DNA of 64,000 nucleotides from Geosiphon pyriformis uo1 (GCA_016748015.1 JAAOMT010000275.1:319667-383666); one strand, 5' to 3'; shown: positions 38,266-53,992, counted from the stretch's first letter. Translations and numbers: made by a program. The notes: generated by a model not told the origin, from the sequence alone.

Positions 38266-41068
38266 GATCATGCAGGTACTCATAGTAGATCCGTATTTGC
38301 CCAGGTGAAGATCTAGCAGAACCGTAGATCTTTAAGCATTTTACCCCGTTTTTTCGGTATTTTTAACTTTATAAAAAATCTAAAAGGAGAGATTAACCTT
38401 TTTAGCTTTTATTATGAATGTTCAAGGTTTGTCCTTTGGATATTTATTATTTATCATTGTGAAATTGGTTATCAAAATCTTATATAAGAAAGGTCTCGAA
38501 GTCACCCTCTCAATTCTTCTGGGGGTGAAACAAATGCTATTAATTTCCGTCGTGCCTAAATGATGTGTTCATAATAATTAAATAAAATAATTCATACAAT
38601 TTAATACATTGCATGAATGATTTCTAACCTCAAATTTATTGTGCAAGGATCTAGAAGCTAGGCTTCTTGGTCACGGTTTCGCAGTGACGAATAAGAAACT
38701 CAACTTATTTGAGTATTTTAAACTTTAATTCCTATTTTAATTGATGGATTCATTCAATTTATAAAAAAAGTATCGAGCATGTCAAAAGATTGAAAAAAAG
38801 GTTTTGTGTAAAAATTAAATTTTTTCATATTTATAATCTAATTACGTAAAATTGGAAATCTTTAGTCATCCTTTAATCGTACAAATTTTCAAAGGGGTTG
38901 AAGTATTCAAAAAAATTATTTTAGATACGATAAGATCCATTTTCCCTAATTTGATATCTATTTTAAAATATTCGAATCGATATTAAAATTAGTTCTTTAA
39001 GATGAAAAGATTTTTCTCACACTACTATATGATTTATTATTCATTATTCATTATTCATTATTCATTATTCATTATTCATTATTCATTAACAAGATAAAAA
39101 CTTTTTAATTTTAAATGAGTGCACCAATTATTCAAAGATTTGAGTTTTACCAAAAAAAGACTTTCCACGACTAAATGCGGTATATGACAGGTTCATAAGA
39201 TTTGATACTGATGAACAAAAAATACAATAAAATTTTCATTTTTATTGCAAATTTTTTTATTAATTGTATTGATAAAATATTCTCTAATGAAATTACATTA
39301 AAAAATGAATTCCCTTTCCCATTAATTGTAAACGCCTCTAATAAAACTTCTTCAATATTAGTTCTTCGAATTGAGACAAGGAATCAAGGATGATTTTTTC
39401 TTTATTATTAACGCAGTTTGAAAAGTAGCTAAAAACAAATTTCTCAAGTGAAAAGAATGTTTGTTGTTGTTGTTGTTTTTTTAATACAAAAGAGCCGCTT
39501 AAGCTTAAAACAACACGACATTACTTATAAATATAGTTGTGGTTTCTTTACGCAAAAAAAGTCTATTATTTCTTATTCATATTGATTCCAAGTTTAGATG
39601 TACTGTTATACCCAATATCTTTTAATTTATCCAAAATTAGGAATTCAAAAAAAAAAAGCTTTCATTAAAGTAAATATGAAAACTGGTATTTTTTACCGAC
39701 AAAATATTTTCCAAAACTACACAATAAATTTAATTTTCTGACTATGTTCTGAAAAAACAAACTCACATTTTTGAAAGGTTCATAAGTGGAAATATGTTTT
39801 TAAAATTATATAAAAATTTCTGCACTAAAGTACTTATATCATTGGGAATTGTACTTATCAATACATTTGTCTAAGGCTTTAATGCTAAGTGAAAAGTAAT
39901 TTTTATTAGAGAAATTTTATAAAATGGTTTTACCTCTTGAATGTAATATATGTGAAAAAAACTTAATGTAATATACTAAATTTTGAATCGAAACAGTATT
40001 ATAAAATCTTGCTTGAATAAAAAAAATAATTGGTTGATACTTTATTGAAGAAAGATCAGTAATCAAAGCTCATTACATTATTTTCTAGGGAAAGTTGGCA
40101 CATATTTACATTTTTTTATTCTAAACCTATATTTATTTTTCTCAGCCTAACCTTTACACAATTTTGTCTAGAAGCTAATCATGAGAGAAATCGAGGTTTG
40201 CAAACTAAATTCTCCAAGTATTGCATGGAAAATTTTTTACTTCAGCAGAAGACAATATTTTTGAATTAATATTACTCTATTATAATTATTTTTAGTATTT
40301 TTTAATGTAATCCGAAAAAAATTGGAATAATTGGTATTTTGATTTTCCTCTTAAAATCTTAAATGAAAATATCAAAAATTGAATCACAAAATTTAAGATC
40401 CTTTTTCCATTATCGTAGTAGATGATGATGATGATGATGATGATGTCAAGTACTTGATTATTTAAGGTTTCCAATATAATAACGATAAGGAAGAATTTAA
40501 CGAAAATATCAGCTTAAAATCAATAATGAATTTTTAAGGTTTTTAATATCAAACTATTCAAAATAAGCTTATTTTTAAAATTTTACTAAAGCTATTCCTT
40601 TTTCTTTCAAATATAACCGCATTATTTTCTAATTTTGAGTTGATATTATAAAAAAATTATAATTAATTTTTTTTTTGCCTTAAATAGTAGACATCTGACA
40701 CTTCAAATGCATTATTAAAGATTTATTGCTTATTTCTCACATTTAAATATTTTTCTCAAGTGAATAGTTTAAAAAGTATATTATATATTTTTATATAGGT
40801 ATTCAATTCTTTACAAAAACCAGGTGATAAAACAAGGTTAAACTAAGGACATTGGAATAGTGGTTAAATTATTTTGTGTGGTCATTCCATTAAAAGTGAA
40901 ATTTTTTCTATAATAAAATAATCTTATTTAATAAAACGTCATTTTGAAAATTTTAACCTGTTTAAAAATATTAATTAAAATTTTTCTGTTTTATAAAAAA
41001 TCTTGCATAAATGTTTTTAAGCTAAATTCTCAAATTAAAAAAACAAAAAAGTTTTATTTTGATTCATA

Positions 41069-41108
<40 letters not shown>

Positions 41109-44100
41109 GCAGTTTTTAAAATAATTAAATAATTAAAATCAAAAATTTTCAATTGATTCAATTGATACTTTTTAACATTTATGCCAATAATTTTAATAGT
41201 TTTAAAATTTTAAATAAAAACTTTATATGTTCACAACTAGCGCAAAAAATAAAAAGCAATCACTTTTTTTCACTTTTTGTTTTTAATAGTTCTAATACTC
41301 AAAAAAAAATGTTTAAAAGTAAAAACAATTAAACAATAATTTTTTGAAAACTTTTTTTTAAATAATAAAGACATAAAACAGTTTTTGGCTACTAAAAAAG
41401 CTTTTAAGTAAAAGTTTTTTCTTATTTAAAGTCTTTTTCAAGTGATTAACTAAGAATAGTTTTGATGTAATTATTATTACTATAAAAATTTCAAAAACTT
41501 TTAATAAAAAATTGATATTCAAGCTACTTTTCGATTAAACAATTACTCTTATTTCTGCTCAAATAGCTAAAAAATCCAAAAAAGCTAAGAAACAATCTTT
41601 TTTTTTTAAAAAAAAGTGTTTTTTAAAATACTATTTTTAATTTTAAAGTTTGCTTTTCTTTGATTTTTTTTGGTGTTTTTATTAATTCTATTTTGGCTAT
41701 ACCAATTAAAATACATATCTTAATTTGGTTATAAATAACAGTTTTTTTAATTTAAATAATAACAACAATAAAATATTTGTCAAAGTTGGTTCAATTAAAT
41801 TGTTTAATGTATTAAATTTTAGTTAATTTTTACTAGTTTTAAAAACAAAACAAAACATGTTTTTATATATAATTTTAATTAATTAATTTATTAAGTTATT
41901 TAATTTTAAAAATTAAATTAATAAAATAAAAACTAAAATATATATTTTTTGTTTTCTAAAAACATTACAAATTATAGTAGTGTTTAAAAAACTGTTAATA
42001 GTCATCAAATTTTTTTTGCATAAGTAGTTTTTGTTTTAATTTTTGATATAACTGTTAATATTAAGTTGATCTATATTAAGACTGTGTTTTAATTTTTATA
42101 TGAATTTATTAGTTTGAAATTAATTATTAAAAACGATTTTAAGTTTTTTTGTATTTTATATTTCAAGTTTTTTTTAATTTTATTATTAAAATTAAGTTTG
42201 TTAAATTATTATTTTTTATCATTTATATTATTGTAAATTAAAAAAAAAATCATTGTTTTTTATAATATATTTATAGTTTTTAAAATTAATAATTTGAGTT
42301 TTCAAGTTAATAATTAGACTTATTTAATTTTTTGCTTTTTTTCAAATTTTTTGTTATATTCAAAATTTTAAAAAGTTAATTAAAATTTAAGTTGTATGAT
42401 TTGTTTGGTTTAGTTAGATTTGTCATTAAAAAAATTAAATTTTTGGTGGATTTGGTTGTTTTTTTATGATTTTTTAAATAAGTTTTAACATAAACATTAA
42501 AGTTTGGTTTATTTTTTAAAAAAATTAGATCAAATGTATGTTTAATTTTATTATAGTTTGCTTAAAAGCTTATCTTAGTTTAAAGATAAATACAAGACTT
42601 TTTCTGATTTTACATATTTTTGTTGTCTTGATAGTTTTAAATTAATTGGAATTAATTATAAAAAATCGTATAAAATTTACAGAAAAATGAAGTAAAAATA
42701 TATAAAAATTCAACAGAAAAATAGATGCATACAATTGTCAAATATGAAAATAGATTTGTAAACTACTTTAGTAAAATAGAATATTAAGTTATTTGGTTTG
42801 AAAGATAAATGAGTTTTATTTATCTGGATGGCTGATTATGTATAAAAATACATAATTCACATTTATAATTTGTAGAAACTAGAATAGATATTGGAAGGAT
42901 CACACTTTGTTAAAGCAATAAATAAAAACTTTATTTTTTGACTTGAGAATTCAAAAGAGGTTTTAAAAATTTTTATTTTTTTCAAATGATTATTTCTTAA
43001 CCAATAAAAATTTAAAAAATTATTTAATTTAACAATAAATAATTATGTAGAAATGATTATATATATTATTGTGCTTGATAAAATATTTGATCAAAAAACT
43101 TATGCAGTTTCTCGAATTATAAAACAAAAATAAAATGAAATAAAATAAAATAAAATGAAATAAAATAAAATGTCATATTACGAAAATATGAACAATATTT
43201 TTTTTTAAGATTATTTTTAAAAGAGTATTGGATATTGTAAAATTGGTTCTAACTTGATAAAGAAAAAAAAAACATTTGAAATAAGTTTTATTTATTATTT
43301 TAAATAAAATCTTAAAATCAAATTACTATTAATTTTTTGTAATAAAAAAGAGTTTAATTATGACATTTTAAGATTTTAAATTGTACATATATAAATTTTC
43401 ACAAAAAGCTTTTAAATAAAATATATATATTATATATATATTATAAAATTATTAATTAATAATTTATAAAACATATTTATTTATTTAAAATATGACAAAT
43501 AATTATATAATCAAAATATTTGTATAAATATTTGTATTAAAAAAAATACAATAATGTTAAATATCACAAAAATATTAAAAAAATATTTTACAAGATTGAT
43601 CCATATAAGTCATTTCGAGATTTTAAATTACATTACATTTTTTATTTTTACTTTGATAATTTTCTTAGATTCATAAAATATAAGCATTCGAAAAATATCT
43701 TGCCCAATTTTCGTTGAGACATTCTTGAGATGGAAAATCGTGTTCATTAGGCCTTGTTAAATCTAATCCTCATGTGGATTAATCTTTGGAAAATTAGAAA
43801 TATCCTACAAAATGAAATGGACAGAATTTTCATTAGCATGTTTTTCAAAATTATTATTTTGCAATCATTTTATTCCAAAATATCCAAAAAGAAATTTTTT
43901 TCCCCAAATTTGGTAAAAGTCATAGAGTTGAAAATTTATTAAAATCTTTGATTTTTTAGAGGGAACCAAGTAATTTTCATATAATAAATTACTCAATAGA
44001 TAATTTAAAAAAATTGAGATTTGGTTTATATTTTAATTTTTCCCCACGATATCCAAATTTTCAGGTTAACCCAATGGGATTTTGTTTTGGTTATTCAAAA

Positions 44101-46974
44101 CGTCATGTACCTGTTTTCTAATATGACTTAATTTAATTAATAAAGGAGATGATTCCACTCAAGTACTCTGTTACCTGGGTAACTTTTCCTTAGATCTAAC
44201 AATCCTGAACTTTATCGTGTGAGTTTGTGCTATTGAAAATTCAAATCATAAAAAAAAAAAACTATTGATTTTAAACGTTTATGTTCCCCTGGAATAAAAT
44301 ATTCGGGCCAGAAACTTTTAAAAAAAATGTTTGGTTCAACTTATTACTAAACTCTATTCTCAAAACTTGAATAATAATGATGAGCTTGTTACAAAGGGGG
44401 GTAGTTAGAGTATCGAAATGATCCAGTAAAAAGCGATCGTGTCACTCCCTGAATAAACTGAGCATTGTCTTTATACGTATATTTGTACATTTCATGTCGT
44501 GTAATTTATTCTATGCGTCATTGGTTCATTATACTTTTTTAAGCTGATAATGAAAAAATTGTTTCCATTAAAAATGGTAATTTCATGTGTGTAGAAAATA
44601 ATTTGTCATGTAAAAAAGATGTGAAAAGTTTATCTGAATCTGTGAAATCAAAGTTTTAAAACTTTTGGATTTGATAGTTTCGGATAATGTAAAAAGCCAA
44701 TTGGGTAAGACGGTAAAGGCATTTTAGGAAACCACAAATTGAATAGCCAGTTATTTCTGCACAATTTTCCTTTGTGAATCAATGGAAAACAAGTTAATTA
44801 AGAAACAGTGGCTTTTCTGATAACGAAATCCCGCTTGTTTAGTTTCTGTTAAACATTGAAAATTATATGTTGGCACCACTCATATTTTTTTGAATTCCCC
44901 TAATTTTTTCAAATTTAAATCTTTTCAAGTTAAATCATTTTCAAAAGAAGAAGAAATTTTCATCTGAAAGTCAACAACTTTCCCACATTAAAAAGTTTAA
45001 AAATGAAAAGGGACCCAAATTACATTCATGTCCCCGAATCGAATTTAAGATCAACTAGCATTATTCTATAACGATTTTTTAGTTTCTTTAGATTTCGATG
45101 CATGAGCGTGATTATGCCGAATTAAATTTGAAACAATTTTCTAATAATCTTAATGAGGAAATTTGGTTACCAATCAAAGAGCACGCAAAAATAACTCACT
45201 TACTCACTCGCTCCGCTCACTCTCACTCACTCTCTTTTCTGATGAATTGCTTTAATATTAGGGCTTGATATATACTCGGCTTGCTTCAGTCAAGGGATTT
45301 GGTGTTGAATTCAAGATTTTAAGCTTCTTTGGCTTTTGTTCGTCTGAATAAGTAATTGAGTACCAATTTGCAGTTTCGAGAGAGAGGAGGTCATGTCCAC
45401 TCATCAGAATGGTAACTAAGGCTTATTTGGCTCGCTTCAAAAACCATTGTGAAATGAACTCGCTTGTTCCCTTAACCGGGGGGTAATCATGGGACAGTGG
45501 AATTCTTTGGACCAAGAATTGATTTCCTATAAAGATTGGCCTGACAAAATGTAATGTACGCCGAACATTCGAATTTGAGAACGCCTAATAATCGAGATAT
45601 TTTGATACTTTAACATTAAAATATACACGTCAATTTTGTCGTATACTTAAAACGTTTTTTGATAGCCGTATTGTATATTAGCCCAAAGAACAAAATTATC
45701 TCCTTGCATTTTTTTTGTACACTTATTTACGCGTTACTCCTGCTTTTTCAAATGGCCATTCACCTCTCAATGTACAAAATTATGTTTACTGATGATCTTT
45801 CAATAGCTAGCTTCCCACACCTCAAAATGTCTTCATTCTTCCATAGAAATAATCGAAAATCCAGCCTCGAGATTAAAAGAACCCATAAATTTTATTTTTT
45901 ACCTTGGCGTACGCGTATTTGTTTATCACGACTTATATGGCTACTTTGATCCGGTCCTTATGTATCCCTTAAATTGACGCATGCACAAGTTTCGCCTCGC
46001 TGAATAAAATTTTTGGGTTCTTTGCCTCTTTCTCAATTCCTATTTTAATGGAACCGTTATCGGGCGTAACCTTTATTTTTAGTAAAAGATTAAAAAATGA
46101 AAATGGAAAAATACTTGATATCATAGACTATCTGTTACATGCATGCGTTGTGAATCTTTTTTGTTGTTTCCAGGCTCACCTTGCTTTTTTTTTCAATTGA
46201 ATTTGTTTTTATGAATATTAATATTAATATCAATATCAAAATCAAAATCAAAATCAAAATCAAATATCAATATCAAAAAATCAATATTAATATCAATATT
46301 ATAATTTTTTATTTGTCTATTGACAAAAAACCGAATTTGACATTGCAAGAAAAATTTACATAAATGGAAAATTTTCTTAAGCCTGTTTAGGAGGCTGTAA
46401 GGTATTATTGCATATTTGTATTTTTGAAAAAAAGCTATATTTCAAAAATCTCTACAAATTGAACATTATTACCTGTTGTGAATCTTTGATGTAAACAATT
46501 TTGAAACCTTTAAGATTGTACACTAAATAGTTTGTCATCAAAACATATATATATATATATATATATTGAATCAAATATATATATATTTTTTAAACTATGT
46601 AAAGAATAAGATATGACAGAAAAAATCAAGTTTTTATTTCGTTAAGTTTAATTATTTTATATTTAATACATGAAACATGACTAGACAAAGTGAACATAAT
46701 GTTACAAAAAATTTCAAGTGTCCAACCTGGTTTTACTGTTGTTTCATAAAATTTCCAATATTATTTATGTAAGATAATCGGAATAATTAATTCAAACAAA
46801 AAGTACCGGATTAAAAATAAGATTTTTGTTAAATTGTTTCTTTTTGATCTTAATTTTTTTTTTTCTTTTGAAAGATTTCCAAAGGCTGAATAGCTTTCAA
46901 TTACCGACTTTTGTACAATTTGATAGGCAAACAGTTTTTTATATTTTTTACGTTTCAAATTAACTCATCTAATC

Positions 46975-47043
46975 TTTCTTTTCTTTTCTTTTTTTTTCTT
47001 TCTTTCTTTTTTTTTTTCTTTCTTTCTTTTTTTTTTCTTTCTT

Positions 47044-47123
<80 letters not shown>

Positions 47124-47196
47124 CTTTCTTTCTTTTTTTCTTTCTTTCTTTTTTTCTTTCTTTTTTTCTTTCTTTCTTTCTTTCTTTCTTTCTTTT
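46975..47196. repeat. Poly-T/(TTTC)n tract
   Basis: Directly visible; it generates the spurious poly-K and poly-F ORFs. Confidence 0.95.
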
Positions 47197-48401
47197 ATCA
47201 TGCATCAACTTTTTTTTTATGACTTTGAAATTTTTTTTGTTACTAAGCACAGAATGATTAAAAATTATTTAATCATGTAAAATGAGTATAAACTTAAATT
47301 TTTTTTAACAATTTTTGATTCATTCAAAAGAATTTATATTTTAATTGAGTTTTTTAATAAAAATTATTTAACATTAATAAAAAATTAACAAATATTATGT
47401 AATTTTTTTGTTCAAGTTTATTGTTTGAATTTAAAGTTTTTATATAAAAATTAATTGTTTATTAAATTCTTAAAAGTACAGGGTTTTTAATAAAATCTTT
47501 TAATTATTAATTTTTCCATCTTGAAACACACACTTTTTAGAAAAATTTATTTGAATAATAATCACGTGCCTATTGTTATCGATATTAGTAGTGAATGTGA
47601 TACACGTTTCTGCCTGAAAGTCTTGGTAATAATATGGTTTAGCTCTAAAATTGTATAAAGCCAGAAATTATGAGATCATAATACGCAATGATGAATGCGC
47701 TTAGTCGAAGTGAATGCGCTTGATCGAAATAATTTGCTCTACCTGTTCTGGTAGATTCACCTTTGAAAGATCTCAGAAGTAAATCTTGGGTTTGTCCGTG
47801 GATCTCATATATTCTAAGTTCATACAAAGCTTAAAATCCTTTTATACTGACCTTTAGTAATGTGCTAGATCGTATCATCACAGCTTAATTACGAAGATAC
47901 CCTTAAGATCTAATAGAACACATAAACCAGTTTTAAGAGCGATACTGAAGAGACAGACTATGGCTCTGCCTGGTACGCTACATCAGACAAGCGAGCGTCC
48001 TCAAGACAGATTCCTAAGCCTTTTAATCGGGACCGCGGGTATAGGAGTGACGCGTGATCATATTGATAAAAGGCAATCAGAAGGCCAATGAATTGCTATC
48101 ATTCTGGTTGATTTGTCGATGAGCGTCCCCCGGACTCCTTGATCGGAATCCCGGACGTAGTCTCCATCTTAATACAAGACAAGATAGTTCCAGTCTAAGC
48201 AAGTTCTGATTGCTCACAAGTTGCTACCATCATATCAAATGATAGGCTTGGCGAAAACGTGTTCCTTAACAAGACAATGATAGGTTATAACAAGATTCGG
48301 ATTTTGTATAGTTAGCAGCCAATCAGCGATGCAGTATGGACTATCGCTATTTTGCTGAGACTGACGTCACGTTACGGTTTGTTGTCACTTGCAATTTACA
48401 G

Positions 48402-49650
48402 ATCCAGCTGAACAAGATGTCAACAATCTGTAGTGGTCCACTTTCAGACGTTTATAAAAGAAGGAATCAGACCAGGGGATCGGCCTGAAAACTTGTTTGG
48501 TGTTTAGTGTGGCCTCTGGGCAAAGATATCGATCTCGATGCTTGTATCAAGGGAGATGTTAGCAGTACAACGCCTTGAAAATCACTATGACGGTACGGTT
48601 TTTTTGTTCAAAGGCCATCTAAACATCAAAAAAACTGAACAATTAGAGGTAAGTAAATCATGCCAATATACAACAGAGTATTTGTGTTGATAAGCTCGAG
48701 TAACAAAAATATTCATGGCTTGCTGCTGTAAATAGAATCATATTGTGAACAAGGGTAAACGTACAAATATTGAACTTCATGGGGAATGTTGGTCATAATT
48801 CCTCAAAATGACATTGTGGTGATTTCTATAATGTAAGTAACGGAATTCATTGCGAACAATCAATGACAATTATGATACGGGAGTTGAATTAACTGATGGC
48901 CAGGGCAAAAGGACAATCTTGAACAGCTTGGAGACATTGACGACATTTTGCAACTCAGACGAAGAATTGAGGTACATCTCTTGATATATATTTGTGAGGG
49001 CATTGAAATTAAAATGATAAGATATAAATGAAATCGCGGTTTAAATTGTGCAGGTTGAGCAAGTTGTTTGAATTGAGTAAAGCTCTTTCGATAAATAGTA
49101 AGGATCATAATAATGTATCTGTAATATCTTGAAATGTTTTATATCCTTGCAGATTGGGATACTACCCTTTTCATCTCGTTCAGCACCTTTGGAACCATCC
49201 CAAATTAAGGTATATGTATATATTATATTGAATGCCGAGTTGATGGTATGGAGATAGTGACGTCAACAGATCGAAACGACAAACATCTGAACGACCATTT
49301 GTGGGTGATTCTCTATTTTATTACTCGCAGTTGTTATGGACTCGAAGGACGAGCTGAATCATCAAAGCCAATAGAAGAAAGACAATCAACGACTAAATAC
49401 GTGCAACCCTTGTTTAATTGGGCCTTTCAAGATGTCCAATGTTATAATAGTTTTTGGTAAGTAGGGTAGGAATTATCAATTATGCATGTGGGATGAAAAA
49501 GTGAACCAAAAATCATCAGCTGACTGTTCATGTTTCGCAGGTGTGAAAAAGGAAACAAGATCTTATTTAAAGAATCAAATCCATCACATTCGCAGAAAAG
49601 CCTCATGTAAGGCTTGTGGAAATTTCTGGTGGCACGGAGGGCTGTAATGA
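48402..49650 (+). pseudogene. Degenerate multi-exon gene relic, weakly protein-kinase-like
   Basis: GC-richer island with repeated GT(A/G)...(C/T)AG intron signals. Fragments ICSGPLSDVYKRRNQTRG/IGLK, REMLAVQRL, KGHLNI and SYCEQG resemble kinase N-lobe motifs. No intact frame and no clear HRD or DFG. Confidence 0.3.
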
Positions 49651-51197
49651 GACAACATTTAAAGATCTGTTGAGAATTACAAAAGGAATGAGAAAAAATT
49701 TGCGGGGAATAGGAATTATAGTTTTCTGGGGTAATTTAAATGAAGTAGGATATTGAAAGTGGTGGCAAATGTTTATATTATATGTGAAGGTTAACTTTTT
49801 TTTTGACTATGTATATTTGTATATTCAGGCAATGCGCTGTGTTGGGATGATGAAATGATATTCTGTCTCGGTTAATTGAAGATATGTGCTCGGTCTCAAG
49901 AATAATAGACTCAGAAACTCGAAAAGAAAGATGAAAAAAGATTAAGTTCGACTTAATGAACAGACATATAAATCCTGTTTTACCTCAAGTCTTAAATTCA
50001 GTAACAGCCCACGGCACATGTAATCACATGGGGCTTAACAACTTGACCACTGATTTGAGAAGAATAAACCAATTTCAGTTTTAAAATTGATCCAAAGTTC
50101 TAAATTTTTTTAATGTGACGAATATTCGCAAGATGAACTATATTCACACGAATTTTTCATGATATTCCGTTTTACTATGTGACACTAAAAAGTTATTCCT
50201 ATTATTACTGAAAAACTAGTAATGGACAGCAGCTTTTTGTATCAAAAGGAAAAACGTGTGAAATTTCAAAACAAATAAATGACATCTAGTATCACTTTTT
50301 TAATTATTTTCAATCTAACCAAAAAAAAAAAAAAAAAGAGGAGAGCATCATCACCAATTAGCTTCGAACAAATAAGGAAAAAATAATATCAGATATCAAT
50401 AATTAAATCTTCTTTTTAGCAAATCAATTATGTATAATGTAAGCATCGAATATTATATATATTTTGTCATCATCGCAAATTCTCATTCCCAAGGCTTATT
50501 AGAGTATTATTATAAAGGAAAATGGCTTCAGATTTTCATCAAAAGATTACCAATGCTTTTTCGTTATTTTTGTGGGGAAAGTTTGTTATTTACTGCTGTT
50601 TATTATTTGTTATTTAGTGTTTTTTTGTTTGTTTATTGGCTGAGTCAGATTTCAATAAAACTTAGCGCGGTAGAGCCATGAATGATGAACAGTTTTTATT
50701 TTTTTTTTCAAAGTTTTTCCTAATCTAAACCATTCTTAGTTTTTAATAATAAATATAAAAATTTTAAAAAACACTATGTACAAAATCTAAGAATAATTAC
50801 GAATTGCTGATTGATGTTAATCATCTTGACCAAAATAATATCAGATTTGTGAAAGCTGTTCTTCAAAATAAGAAATTTTAATTTTCCCAGGTCCAGAATT
50901 GAGGCGCGGGGGGTACAATTATTTATTAAGGGTATGATTTTAAAGAGATATATGAGTTGAGTTTAATTTAATTTAATTTAATTTTAATTTAATTTAGTTA
51001 GTTTAGTTTAATTTAATTGAGTTTAGTTTATTTGGAATTTAGTTGAGTTGACTGTGAGATATCTTTGAAACATTTTCGCAGTGTAAACTTTTTATCTGCA
51101 GATGAAAATGAAAGAAATCGAACTTTTTTATTACGTATTTCATTAGTTTGAGAGAAGAATTTGGTTAGATTATTTGGTATTTATATTTTTTAATTAA

Positions 51198-51235
<38 letters not shown>

Positions 51236-51408
51236 TTATTATTATTATTTTTTAAAATAAAATAAAATAAAATAAAAAATAAAATAAAAAAACCGATTTA
51301 TACCCCAATTTTACTTTTGATTATAAAAAAGAATTTCCTATCAAAAATAAATTTTCGATCATCGATAATGAATAAAATCGTTGACATCAAGTATTGGAAC
51401 TGATGATA

Positions 51409-51458
<50 letters not shown>

Positions 51459-51555
51459 ATATCTAGAAAACTATTTCCTCTAAATTTAATAGTGACTTTA
51501 AATTTATTAAACCTAGCCTACATTTCTTGAAATTTTTTTAGATTGTATAGTGCCA

Positions 51556-51575
51556 NNNNNNNNNNNNNNNNNNNN
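51556..51575. other. Assembly gap (20 N) next to a poly-A tract
   Basis: Run of N. Confidence 0.99.
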
Positions 51576-51629
<54 letters not shown>

Positions 51630-51731
51630 AAATTTCTCTCCTCCCCCAAAAAAAAAAAATTTGCGTAGAAACAACGAAAAGTTTTGTTTTATCTCCCTGT
51701 GTTATTAAATGAGAAAATCAACAATTTTTTC

Positions 51732-51785
<54 letters not shown>

Positions 51786-53992
51786 AAGAAGTTTGATATT
51801 AAAACAGAAAACGAATCCCTATTACATAAATTTACAAGCAAAAAATTTTTTTTTCCTTTATCATTATCATTATCATCATCTTTTAATAATAATCATAATT
51901 TTTTAGTAATTATTATAAAATGAAGTATTTCGAAAATAAAACAAAAAAGTGGTAATAGAAATAATATTAATTAATAATATTAATAATATTATTATCATCA
52001 CCAATAAGAGAGAAAACTAAACTTCAAATATTCGTCTAATCTAAATATAATTAGCTTATTTATTATTGTTATTTTTATAATCCTTTTTGGATATTGGTTG
52101 TTAAAAAACTAATTAAACACACACACACACACACACACACACTAACACACACTAAAAAGTGATCACTATTTTAGCGCTCCACATGGTTTAGGTGTTTACA
52201 TTTTCCGAAATGATTACTATTCCCAATATTTTTATGCAGTGGCTCCATAACACTTAGCTTGGGACAATGGGGATTGAGTTTGAATATTGTTTTCAAAATC
52301 AATCATGTTTCAACAGAAAAACCGCAAGTTTGTTTAACGTTACCTGTGCACGAAATGATGAACGAATCATTTTCTGGTATTTGATTGATTTTCCGGGGGG
52401 TAGGTGGGTGGGTGGATGGGGGGGGGGGGTGGACAACGTCACAAATTCAAGTAAGTAATGTGGATCTGTGGGGATGAACGGAGTGTAGATATAACAAAAA
52501 AAATACTTTTTTTTATATTATTTATTAAATTTTTTATTTTAAATAAATAATCGTATAACGATATGATGAAACGGTCAATGCGCGATTATTTCATAATAAT
52601 ATAATTTGTGATTTTTTTAAGTTTATCATCTTACCCTAAAATAGGAAATTCATTGTAAAAAAAAACACACAAAAAAAAAAATAAAGAAACGTTTTCTTTT
52701 ATAGGGATAGTTAAATTCTTTCGTATTTTTTGATAAGAAATATGTAATGTTTTCAGAGTAATGATGAGAAAATAAATTACGAAATCAAAACTTGAACAAA
52801 TTAGAAATAGATTTTTTTTCCTTTTATTTTTCCCGCCTTTTTTTTCTTAAAACAAAACATCCTAAATATCCAGGAATAATTTATCACAATCATAAATTAG
52901 ATTGTACTGTATATATATATATATATCTCTCTCTATCTCTATCTCTATCTCTATCTATCATTTTAAAAAATAAGCTTTCTTTTCATTTAAGGGTGAAAAA
53001 ACGTGAAACATATTTAGTATTCAGAATTGAAAAAATTGAAACTTTATAATAATTTAAATTTTAAATTTGTCTTATTTCCGTAATTAAATGAAGGGTTTAC
53101 TTTTTGTTTGGTAAATTTATTTCGTAATCGTAATCGTGAACTGATATATGATAGGATTAAAATGTATTTATCAATTATTTTAGTTGTTATGACTTAATAT
53201 TTGATATTGAAAGTGATTTTTTCAAGAAGCTATGGGGTTGAGTTGTGAAAGTAACACTAAAACAGATAGTCTGTTCAAAAGTTAGCAAGACAAATAGAAA
53301 GTGATAAAATTAAAGAATGATTTTTTAAATTTGAAAATTATGTACCTTTATCAATTTAAGGTTGGAAATAAAATATATTTATATATATAAGATTCAAGAT
53401 GAAATTTCATGTTAAATATGGAAATTTATTAAATGTTAATATGGAAATTTATTGAGGGAATAATCACATTGGAAAGTTATAAAGTAATTGGTCTTTATTG
53501 ATATCAAAAAGATTTTTAATGTATATAAATTTGAAATATATCACTACTTTTATCGAACCATTAAAATGATTGATTTGTCAACAAACTTGCAGCATACCCC
53601 AGACTATTAATTTCCTAAATTATACATTGTTTTTTCTTTGATTGAAATTCGATTCAAAAAGTTTTCAAAACACTGATAGGGAGTGTTATCTATTATTAAA
53701 ACTTTCCCAATTTGCATGGTTCCGCCAATTAAATAATATAAACTCTTTTTTATTTTTTTTATTTTTATTTTATTTTATTTTATTTTTTTTTGCATCATGC
53801 ATAAGACCGACCGCATGCATGTCATCATAAAAAAGAAAACAGCATCCTAGTCTGAAAACTCCGCTAATACCCCACAAAAAACGTGTCAAATAGCGTGGTA
53901 AGATTAAGTGGTTTTTCCCGTGAAAGATTTCTAGTTTTGGTCTGGTTTATCTTTTTACACAATTTACTTTGAACACGCAACCTCTTACCAAT

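Noticed and set aside
38228-38345. Poly-T followed by GC-richer sequence, a possible SINE or retrocopy tail
   Set aside because: No TSD, Pol III boxes or second copy seen, and long homopolymers are common in this window.
41400-42650. Extremely AT-rich stretch that may be a fully decayed LINE or other TE (similar tracts at ~28400-28900 and ~33300-35200)
   Set aside because: Strand-skewed composition is suggestive, but no diagnostic motif or terminus could be read with confidence.
46911-47250. Poly-Lys and poly-Phe ORFs
   Set aside because: Translations of a poly-T/(TTTC)n tract.
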